Origin: an uncultured Actinomycetes bacterium | GTDB lineage: Bacteria > Actinomycetota > Thermoleophilia > RBG-16-64-13 | DNA: 64,000 nt | NCBI GenBank assembly: GCA_963809395.1 | Contig: CAWEJM010000018.1 | Coordinates: 128,275 to 192,274 of the forward strand | Direction of reading: 5' to 3' | Part shown: piece after piece, positions 56,434 through 64,000 of the stretch | Layout: every line of letters begins with the position of its first letter | Numbering within the stretch: the first letter of the stretch is position 1 | Notes under the pieces: model-generated | What the model was told of the DNA's origin: nothing | Database searches by the model: none | Seen by the model: the letters and a program-made list of their open reading frames with translations, nothing else | Translations under genes and position numbers: made by a program

Positions 56434-57428
56434 ATGACGCGACCACGACTGCTGCTCACCCGGCGCATTCCGGAGCCGGGCTTCTCCCTGGTCCACGAAG
56501 CTTTCGCCGTGACCGGCGGCGACGAAGACCAGCCCCTCGCCCGGGACACAGCTTCTGCGCGACGCGAGCGGGGTGGATGCGATCCTGAGCCTGCTCACCG
56601 AGATCATCGACGGACCGGTCATGGACGCCGCGGGGCCGCAGTTGCGAGTCATCTCCAACATGGCAGTGGGTTTCGACAACGTCGATGTTCCCGCGGCCAC
56701 GGCCCGGGGGATCCTGGTCACCAACACCCCGGGCGTGCTCACCGACGCTACCGCGGATCTCACTTGGGCCTTGATCCTGAGCATGGCTCGCCGCGTGGTC
56801 GAGGGAGACCGCATGGTCCGCGAGGGGCGTTTCGAGAGATGGGGCCCCTTCATGTTGCTCGGTCGGGCGGTGGCGGGTGCCACCCTAGGCATCGTGGGAA
56901 TGGGGCGCATCGGGCAGGCGGTGGCTCGACGCTCTCTCGGCTTCGACATGCGGGTGCTCTACGCCGAGCCGAGCGGGCCGCTTTCCCCCGGAGCAGATAC
57001 CGCCCGGCGCACGCTGGGAATACCGGCCGGGCCTCGACCAGTTGCTGGCTGAGGCGGATATCGTGAGCCTTCACGTGCCTCTGAGCGCAGACACGCATCA
57101 CCTCATCGGGGCCCGCGAGTTGGCGCTCATGCGGCAGGGGTCGTATCTGGTGAATACCTCGCGCGGCCCCGTGATCGATGAGGCGGCGCTGGTGGAGTCT
57201 CTGCGCAGCCGGCATCTTGGCGGAGCCGGTCTGGACGTCTATGAGCGGGAGCCCGAGTTGGCCGCCGGCCTGGCCGAACTCGACAACGTGGTCCTCCTCC
57301 CCCACTTGGGGAGCGCCACGGTGGAGACCAGGGGCCGAATGGCCGAGACGGCCGCGCGGAATGCCATCGCGGCCGTTCGGGGCGAACCGGTGCCGCACAT
57401 GGTCAATCCCGAAGTCCTACGCGTATGA
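56434..57428 (+). CDS. D-isomer-specific 2-hydroxyacid dehydrogenase (glyoxylate/hydroxypyruvate reductase-like), 2 frameshifts.
   Basis: RVISNMAVGFDNVDVPAATARGILVTNTPGVLTDATADLTWALILSMARR...GATLGIVGMGRIGQAVARR...ADIVSLHVPLSADTHHLI...LVNTSRGPVIDEAALVESL...GAGLDVYEREP. Confidence 0.85.
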
Positions 57429-58064
57429 TGGGGCCGTGCACAGACGCAGCCTTGATATCCGTCGACCAAGCACCCGGCGCGCGCTCGCGGGCGGCGTCTG
57501 CTGCTGGCGGGCGTTGCACTGGTGGTGGCACTGTCGTGCCTGATGTGGGCGACGGGTTGCGATTCTGGCTCTGGTGCCGATACCGGGGAATCGACCACTT
57601 CCTCGACGGGCGGCCAGGGATCCGAGTCGGGCGACATTGAAGGTCAAGTGGGCGCGGCGGTGGAAGTCGGCGACGCCGTGGTCACAGTGCGGGCTCTGCA
57701 GGCCACCTTCCAGCCCGCCATGCCGACTCAGCGGCTCAGCGAGCAGACGCCCACGGCTCCGGCCGCGGGCGAATCGTTCTTTCAGGCCTACGTGCGGGTG
57801 GAGAACCGAGGAGCCTCGCCCATCCGGGTCGATCCCAACGACTTCGCCTGCGCAGTCGGCGTCTCTGTGGTCCGCATCGAGCCGACACGTTCAGGCCCGC
57901 TTCCGCGCAGCCTACTTGGGAGCACCTCGCTCGACCTCTTGCTCACGTTCAAGGCCCGGGTCGGTTTCGAGCCCGTCCTGATCTACAGCCCGCCGTGGTA
58001 TGACGGCACCATCCGGATCGGTGCGCAGTCGGAGGAAACCACCACCACTACCACCACCAGCTGA
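57425..58064 (+). CDS. DUF4352-like lipoprotein with a poly-Thr tail. A frameshift lies in the signal-peptide region.
   Basis: ATG 57425 overlaps the upstream stop as ATGA. Signal peptide and lipobox: RGRRLLLAGVALVVALSCLMWATGC. Then VVTVRALQATF...FFQAYVRVENRGASPIRVDPNDF...LTFKA, ending EETTTTTTTS. Confidence 0.6.
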
Positions 58065-58102
58065 ATGGGGCGGCCCGCGCCGGTCGCGGGCGGCCCGCAT
58101 CG

Positions 58103-58757
58103 CTAGCGCCAGGCAATCGCCCTTACCGGAGCCCCGTCGGTTCCAACGACGGCCAGAGGCAAGAAAGCGCAGGTCACCGGGCCGGGGCCCAATCGGTCCA
58201 GATTGCAGAGCCGCTCGGCCAGAAGCACCCCGTTTCCCAGGAGGAGCCGGTGCGCGGCATAGGCCTCCGCAGTCGTCGGCCACCTCGGCCCGTCCGGACG
58301 GACCATCCGACGGTACGGGAGGTGGTGGATCGAGGCTGGACCCGTCGGTGCCCACCAAGGTCGTACCGGTGTCGAGCAGCACGGCGGCTGCCTCGGGCGA
58401 AAGAAACGCGCCTCCGGTCCACAGAAGAATGAAATCGCCGGGCACGGCCCCGGCCAGGCGCAGCCGTTCGGACAGTAGCGCGGCATCGATGAGCGCGGAA
58501 CCGACCGTCTGCGGGCGCACGTCGACGATCACACCAGGCCCGACCAGCCGGTCCATCGGATACTCATCCAACGTAGCCCCTTCGGGAAAGAAGTGGCGCG
58601 GGGCGTCGAGGTGGGTGCCGGAGTGCGATCCCATGCAGAGGTGCGTGACCTCGTAACCATCGGCGCCATGAGTGCGGACCGTTGTGAGCGTGACGGGTGG
58701 ATCGCCTGGATACACCGGCGTGTCTGGGCTGAGGGGGCAGGTGAGGTCGACGATCAT
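58103..58757 (-). CDS. Cyclase-family protein (arylformamidase / kynurenine formamidase-like), one frameshift.
   Basis: MIVDLTCPLSPDTPVYPGDPPV...GSHSGTHLDAPRHFFPEG...VIVDVR...GDFILLWTG...TLVGTDG; tail AAHRLLLGNGVLLAERLCNLD. It starts 3 nt after the trpS stop. Confidence 0.75.
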
Positions 58758-58760
58758 ACG

Positions 58761-59732
58761 TCAGTAGGTGGTGGGCAAACCCGTAGCCTCTCGCACCTTG
58801 TGCATCACCTGCTGGGCCACGGCCCGGGCACGCCTGCCCCCGTCGGTGAGAACGTCCATCACGTAGTCGGGATCGGCTTCGAGTTCGCGGCGCCGCTCCC
58901 GGAACGGGGCAAAGTACTCTTCGATCGATTCCAGGAGGCGTTTCTTGACCTCGCCGTAGCCCATCCCCCCCGCTTGGTAGCGAGCCTCCCACTCGGACGT
59001 CTCCTCCGGCGAAACGAACAAGCGCAGGAGCAAGAAGGGCGTGGACTCGGCGGGATCCTTGGGATCCTCGACCGGCCTGGAGTCGGTGACGATCGACATG
59101 ACCTTCTTCTTGAGGATCTTCCCTTCGTCGAAGATGCCGACTTCGTTGCCGTAGCTCTTCGACATCTTGCGCCCATCGACGCCGGGGACCACGGCGGTGG
59201 AGTCCAGGATGTGGGGCTCGGGGATGGTAAAGACTTCGCCGAACTGCTGATTGAACTTGCCGGCGATATCGCGGGTCATCTCGATGTGCTGCTTCTGGTC
59301 CTGCCCTACCGGCACGAGATCCGAAAGGTAGATGAGGATGTCCGCCGCCTGAAGCACGGGGTAGGCGAACAGGCCGTGGGTGGGTGTCAGGCCCTGCGCG
59401 ATCTTGTCCTTGTAGCTGACGGCTCGTTCCAGCATCCCCATGGGAGTGACGCAGGACAGGATCCAGCTCAACTCGGTGACCTCGGGGACGTCCTGCTGGG
59501 CAAAAAGGGTGGCCTGCTCCGGGTCGAGTCCCAGGGCGAGGAAGTCAAGGGCCACTCCGAGCGTGTATTCGCGCAGCAGCAGTGGGTCTTGCACGGCGGT
59601 GAGCGCGTGGTAGCTGGCGATGAAGTAGAAGGGCTCGTTGCCTGCCTGGAGCGAGATGTACTGGCGGATGGCCCCGAAGTAGTTGCCCAGATGAGGCCTG
59701 CCCGAAGGCTGTATGCCGGAGAGTATGCGCAT
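58761..59732 (-). CDS. trpS: Tryptophan--tRNA ligase, intact (323 aa).
   Basis: MRILSGIQPSGRPHLGNYFGAI...VPVGQDQKQHIEMTRDIAGKFN...GVDGRKMSKSYGN. The HIGH-like and KMSKS motifs are present. The ORF-track ORF extends upstream to 60713 only through lack of stops. Confidence 0.93.
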   Translation of the reverse strand: MRILSGIQPSGRPHLGNYFGAIRQYISLQAGNEPFYFIASYHALTAVQDPLLLREYTLGVALDFLALGLDPEQATLFAQQDVPEVTELSWILSCVTPMGMLERAVSYKDKIAQGLTPTHGLFAYPVLQAADILIYLSDLVPVGQDQKQHIEMTRDIAGKFNQQFGEVFTIPEPHILDSTAVVPGVDGRKMSKSYGNEVGIFDEGKILKKKVMSIVTDSRPVEDPKDPAESTPFLLLRLFVSPEETSEWEARYQAGGMGYGEVKKRLLESIEEYFAPFRERRRELEADPDYVMDVLTDGGRRARAVAQQVMHKVREATGLPTTY

Positions 59733-59885
59733 GGCGCCTAGTGTAGCGGAGGCAGCGGAGGGCCGCCACTGCCCGTGCCACAGGCGGCTCGCGGCCCGCC
59801 GCACGGTCTTCCGGTGGAAGACGGGAGAGTGTAGAGTTGCGGGCAGGGTGTTTCGGGAGGCACGGGTCGAGCCGAGGAGGGCAGC

Positions 59886-60731
59886 ATGAGGGAGTTGGAC
59901 GTCGCTCGGATCACCGAGGCGGTGGCGAGTCTGGCCGTCTCGGCCTGCAACTATCTGGGCGATGACGTGGTGGCCTTCTTCGAGAAGGCCGCGAAGAGCG
60001 AGGAATCCGAGACCGGGAGAGACATCCTCGCTCAGCTTCTCGAGAACGCGAAGCTCGCCAAGGACACGGATCGGCCGCTCTGCCAGGACACCGGTCTGGC
60101 TGTGGTCTTCCTGGAGGTGGGCCAAGACGTGCACCTCGTGGGCGGCAGTCTCGAAGAGGCCGTCGACGAGGGCGTGCGCAGGGGTTACACGGAGGGGTAC
60201 CTGCGCAAGTCGGCGGTGGCCGATCCGACCGGCGCCCGCAAGAACACCGGTGACAACACGCCGGCGATGCTCCACACCCGCATCGTGCCCGGTGACAAGG
60301 TGCGGGTCATCGTGGCTCCCAAGGGCGGAGGCGCCGAGAACATGAGCGCGCTGGCCATGCTGAAGCCGTCTCAGGGCCGCCAGGGCGCGATCGATTTCAT
60401 CGTGGACACGGTCAGCAAGGCCGGACCCAACCCGTGTCCGCCCGTCATCGTGGGGGTGGGCATCGGCGGGACGTTCGAGAAGGCGGCGTATCTGGCCAAG
60501 CACTCGCTGCTGCGCGAGGTGGGCTCCACCAATCCCGACCCGCGGCTGGCCGAGTTGGAGGATGAGCTGGAGCGCCGCTGTAACGCGCTGGGCATCGGAC
60601 CGGCCGGGCTGGGCGGCACCACCACCGTCATCGACGTCTTCGTGGAGGAGCTTCCGGCCCATATCGCCAGCATGCCGGTGGCGGTCAACATCCAGTGCCA
60701 CTCGGCTCGTCACAAGGAGGTGGTGCTCTGA
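59886..60731 (+). CDS. Class I (Fe-S) fumarate/tartrate hydro-lyase, alpha subunit, intact.
   Basis: DRPLCQDTGLAVVFLEVGQDVHL...YLRKSAVADP...NTGDNTPAMLH...APKGGGAENMS...CPPVIVGVGIGGTFE...VAVNIQCHSARH. Confidence 0.88.
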   Translation: MRELDVARITEAVASLAVSACNYLGDDVVAFFEKAAKSEESETGRDILAQLLENAKLAKDTDRPLCQDTGLAVVFLEVGQDVHLVGGSLEEAVDEGVRRGYTEGYLRKSAVADPTGARKNTGDNTPAMLHTRIVPGDKVRVIVAPKGGGAENMSALAMLKPSQGRQGAIDFIVDTVSKAGPNPCPPVIVGVGIGGTFEKAAYLAKHSLLREVGSTNPDPRLAELEDELERRCNALGIGPAGLGGTTTVIDVFVEELPAHIASMPVAVNIQCHSARHKEVVL

Positions 60732-61291
60732 TGGACCGCACGATCACCCCGCCGCTCACCGACGAGGTCGTCGAGAGCCTGCACGCCGGTGACCGCCTGC
60801 TCATCACCGGCACCATCTACACGGGGCGCGACGCGGCGCACAAGCGGCTGGTGGAGCTCATCGACAAGGGCGAGCCGCTGCCGGTCGACCTGAAGGGGCA
60901 GATCATCTACTTCGTCGGTCCCACGCCACCGAAGCCGGGTGAGGTCATCGGCTCGGCCGGGCCGACCACCTCGGGCCGCATGGACGCCTATTCGCCGAAG
61001 CTCCTCGACCTGGGTCTCAAGGGCATGATCGGCAAAGGGCTGCGCAACCAGGCGGTGAAGGACGCTCTCAAGCGCAACAAGGCGGTCTACCTGGGCGCCA
61101 CCGGCGGCGCCGGCGCCTTGCTCGCCCAGCGGATCACGGCCGCCAAGGTGGTGGCCTACGAGGACCTGGGCCCGGAAGCCATCCGGGAGCTGCAGGTGGA
61201 AGACTTCCCGGTGGTGGTCATCAACGACATGTACGGTGGCGACCTCTACGCCGAGGGCCGCAAGAAGTTCGAAAGGAAGGTGGACCCTTGA
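60731..61291 (+). CDS. Class I fumarate/tartrate hydro-lyase, beta subunit, intact.
   Basis: The start overlaps the alpha-subunit stop as TGATG. LLITGTIYTGRDAAHKRL...IYFVGPTPPKPGEVIGSAGPTTSGRMDAYSPKLLDLGLKGMIGKG. Confidence 0.88.
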   Translation: MDRTITPPLTDEVVESLHAGDRLLITGTIYTGRDAAHKRLVELIDKGEPLPVDLKGQIIYFVGPTPPKPGEVIGSAGPTTSGRMDAYSPKLLDLGLKGMIGKGLRNQAVKDALKRNKAVYLGATGGAGALLAQRITAAKVVAYEDLGPEAIRELQVEDFPVVVINDMYGGDLYAEGRKKFERKVDP

Positions 61292-61686
61292 GCGGCGGAC
61301 CTCGCGAGACGGCCAACGTGGGGGCCGGTCTCTGGAAGGCGACGGGCATGTGGGCCTGGCTGCTCTTCCGGATCAGCGGTCTCGTTCTGGTCTTCTATCT
61401 GGGCGCCCACATCATCGTCATCTCCACCGGACAGTTCGACAAGCTGAACTCGATGATGAAGATGTTCGACAACCCCGTCCTGGTGCTCGCCGACCTGGCG
61501 CTGGTGGTAGCTGTTCTCTATCACGCGCTGAACGGGGTGCGGATCATCCTCATGGACTTCGGCATCGGGGTCAAACGGCACAAGATCATGTTCTGGACCG
61601 CGATGGTGGTGGTGGTGGTCTGCTTCGCCGTCTTTGCCTGGGTGGCCTTCACGTTCATCATCACGGGCAAAGGGGTGACGAGTTGA
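61288..61686 (+). CDS. sdhC: Succinate dehydrogenase membrane subunit (cytochrome b, SdhC-like), intact.
   Basis: Three TM segments. WAWLLFRISGLVLVFYLGAHI and LYHALNGVRIILMDF. It sits directly upstream of sdhD, sdhA and sdhB. Confidence 0.75.
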   Translation: MSGGPRETANVGAGLWKATGMWAWLLFRISGLVLVFYLGAHIIVISTGQFDKLNSMMKMFDNPVLVLADLALVVAVLYHALNGVRIILMDFGIGVKRHKIMFWTAMVVVVVCFAVFAWVAFTFIITGKGVTS

Positions 61687-62044
61687 GGGCCGAGACCGTC
61701 TCCACGCACCGAGGGGGCATGTGGTCCTGGCTCTTCCAGCGCATCACGGCCGTGCTGCTGATCGTCTGCTGGCCATCCACCTGATCTTCACCCACATCCT
61801 CAGCATCGGAGAGCTCGACTACGAGAATATCGGCACCCGGCTCGCGCACGCGGGCTTCATCGCCGTCGACATCATCCTGTTGGCGGCCGGTATCTTCCAC
61901 GCCTTGAACGGCCTGCGCATGGTGCTCATGGACTATTGGTTCACCTCCCGCAAGCGGGCCATGGTGCTCTCCATCGTCCTTTGGGTGGTGGGGATCGTGG
62001 CCATGGCATACGGGACCTGGGCCCTCTGGCCCTGGATCAGTTAG
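61683..62044 (+). CDS. sdhD: Succinate dehydrogenase membrane anchor subunit (SdhD-like), one frameshift near 61770.
   Basis: The TTG start overlaps the sdhC stop. WSWLFQRITAVLLIV, then HLIFTHIL...ILLAAGIFHALNGLRMVLMDY. Confidence 0.65.
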
Positions 62045-62060
62045 GTGAGGTGAGCGAGAC

Positions 62061-63771
62061 ATGATCCATCATGACGTGATCGTCGTGGGCGGGGGCCTGG
62101 CCGGCCTGCGCGCGGCCGTCGAGGCCAAGATGGCCGGCGTCGACGTGGCCATCCTCTCTCAGGTCCATCCGGCCCGCAGCCACTCCGGCGCCGCGCAGGG
62201 CGGCATCAACGCGGCGCTGGCCAACGACCCGGGCAGCGTGGACGACACCTGGGAGAAGCACGCCTTCGACACGGTGAAAGGCGGCGACTATCTGGGCGAC
62301 CAGGACGCCGTCATGCAGATGACCCAGGACGCCATCCGGGTGATCTACGAGATGGACCATTGGGGCTGCCCGTTCAGCCGCTACGACGACGGCCGCATCG
62401 CCCAGCGGCCCTTCGGCGGCGCCGGCTATCCCCGCTGCTGCTACGGGGCCGACAAGACCGGCCACTACCTGCTGCACACCCTGGTCGAGCAGGCCTACAG
62501 GCTCGAGATCAAGCTCTACGTGGAGCAGTACGTGGCCCGGCTGATCGTGCACGAAGGCCGCGTGCCAGGGCGTGGTGTCCTACGACATGATCCGCGGCGG
62601 TTTCGAGGCCTTCACCGCCAACGCCGTGGTCATCGCGACAGGCGGCGCCGGCCGCACCTACAGCAACTCCACCAACGCGCTCATCAACACCGGCGGCGGC
62701 ATGGCCATGGCCTACCACGCCGGCGTGCCGCTCAAGGACATGGAGTTCGTCCAGTTCCACCCCACCGGCCTCTTCTCCACCAACATCCTCATGACCGAAG
62801 GGGCCCGCGGTGAAGGCGGCTATCTCGTCAACGGTCTGGGCGAGCGCTTCATGGAGAAGTACGCGCCCAAGTCCATGGAACTGGCCCCCCGGGACATCAC
62901 CGCCCGCTCTATCCAGACCGAGATCAACGAAGGCCGGGGGATCGGCGGCCAAGGCTACGTGTATCTCGATCTCCGGCACTTGGGAGCGGAAAAGATCTTG
63001 GAACGTTTACCGGGGATCCGCGATCTGGCCATCCACTTCGAGGGAGTGGATCCCATCGAAGCGCCGATACCGATCGTGCCCAGTCAGCACTACAGCATGG
63101 GCGGCATCGACACCGACATCAACGGGGCCAGCATCATGCCCGGGCTCTACGCGGCCGGTGAGTGCGCGTGCGTGTCGGTGCACGGGGCCAACCGGTTGGG
63201 AGGGAACTCCCTGCTCGACACCATCGTGTTCGGGCGGCGGGCGGGTGCCGAGGTGGCTCGCTATCTCGACGGGCTGACAGACAAGCGGACCAACGCCCGC
63301 TCGGCGTTCGCCGCGGTCCAAGCCATGGAGAGCATGGTCGACGACTTGGGCGCCAAGACCGGCACCGAGGACGCCTACGCCGTGCGGGCGGAGATGACGG
63401 TGGTCATGAAGGAGAACTTCGGCGTCTTCCGTGACGAACCCACGATGAAGGAGGGCGTCGACAAGCTCTTGTCTATCCGGGAGCGGGTGGACAAGATCGG
63501 GCTGCGCTGGACCGGGAGCGTCTTCAACCTGGACATGATCCGCACGGTGGAACTGGAGGGCATGGTCGACGTGGCCTTGGCCATCGGCACCGGCGCGCTG
63601 GCGCGGACCGAGTCTCGCGGCGCCCACTTCCGCACCGACCACAACACCCGGGACGACGCGAACTGGCTCAAGCACACCCTGGCCTACTACCAGCCTGGAG
63701 TGGCCGGTCCGCGACTGGATTCAAAGCCCGTGACCCTCGGCACCTTCGAGCCACAGGAGCGGAAATACTGA
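62061..63771 (+). CDS. sdhA: Succinate dehydrogenase flavoprotein subunit, one frameshift near 62562.
   Basis: HDVIVVGGGLAGLRAAVEA...SHSGAAQGGINAAL...; MEFVQFHPTGL...TEGARGEGGYL...SQHYSMGGI...GLYAAGECACVSVHGANRLGGNSLLD...RTESRGAHFR. Confidence 0.96.
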
Positions 63772-64000
63772 TGCCCGACGTCATATTTCGCATAAGGCGC
63801 CAAGACCCCCGCAGCAAGAAGGACCCGGAGCCCCATTGGGACGAGCACAAAGTGCCCTACGAGGGGAACCTTACCGTGCTCGAAGGCCTCTTCTACATCC
63901 AGGAGAAGTTCGACGGCAGCCTATCGTTCCGCTACTGCTGCCGGGCCTCGGTCTGCGGCAGCTGCGCCATGTACATCAACGGCGCGTACCGGCTGGCCTG
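63771..64000 (+). CDS. sdhB: Succinate dehydrogenase iron-sulfur subunit, 5' part; runs off the window end.
   Basis: The start overlaps the sdhA stop as TGATG. MPDVIFRIRRQDP...LTVLEGLFYIQEKFDGSLSFRYCCRASVCGSCAMYINGAYRLA is the 2Fe-2S ferredoxin-like domain. Confidence 0.92.
   Translation, partial: MPDVIFRIRRQDPRSKKDPEPHWDEHKVPYEGNLTVLEGLFYIQEKFDGSLSFRYCCRASVCGSCAMYINGAYRLA

Noticed and set aside
58068-58098. The GC hairpin GGCGGCCCGCG-ccggt-CGCGGGCGGCC between the convergent DUF4352 and cyclase genes as an intrinsic terminator.
   Set aside because: The stem is imperfect (bulged) and neither side has a U-tract. It is too weak to list as a feature.
59733-59885. A T-box riboswitch upstream of trpS.
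   Set aside because: The leader is only about 150 nt. I found no specifier loop, no AGAGA or GNUGGNA-type T-box sequence, and no terminator/antiterminator pair.

Overview
Very GC-rich bacterial chromosome segment centred on the replication origin. No rRNA, CRISPR array, transposase or integrase was seen.

Origin core, leftward on the minus strand: DnaA-box cluster, a GHKL-ATPase/winged-HTH gene, dnaA, an AT-rich DUE with DnaA boxes, dnaN, a yaaA-like S4 gene, recF, a DUF721/DciA-like gene, gyrB and gyrA.

Origin core, rightward on the plus strand: rpmH, rnpA, yidD, yidC, jag, mnmE, a divergent MnmG/TrmFO-like FAD paralog, mnmG (with a perfect parS inside it), rsmG, parA and parB. Transcription diverges from the origin on both sides.

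Left arm (1-21 kb):
- An all-minus-strand envelope glycopolymer cluster: DUF4330, Wzy/O-antigen-ligase-like, three GT genes, GT26 TagA-like, CsaB pyruvyltransferase, MurJ and an M23 peptidase, with a divergent wecB.
- An amidohydrolase-LarB-small ORF unit, ddl, a degenerate GGDEF membrane protein and a universal stress protein.
- An rRNA-less tRNA-Ile/tRNA-Ala pair, a bifunctional nuclease, chorismate mutase, a degenerate CobB-like protein, a YugP peptidase and a cytochrome c lipoprotein.

Right arm (42-64 kb):
- SIMPL lipoprotein, Roadblock/LC7, cobO, and a GT4-GH57-GH57-DUF62-rlmN operon.
- trpB2, a zinc-ribbon/HD-like gene plus DUF3786, DUF72, a 2-hydroxyacid dehydrogenase, a DUF4352 lipoprotein, and trpS with a cyclase.
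- Two-subunit class I fumarase followed by sdhCDAB.

Main caveat: almost every gene longer than about 1 kb, including dnaA, dnaN, gyrA, gyrB and mnmG, is broken by +/-1 frameshifts at non-homopolymer positions. I read these as assembly indel errors, not pseudogenes. Gene spans below were rebuilt by stitching ORF-track fragments, so boundaries are approximate.

The most unusual feature is the origin architecture. An uncharacterised GHKL-wHTH gene sits between the upstream DnaA-box cluster and dnaA, apparently driven by a promoter whose -35 lies inside a DnaA box.
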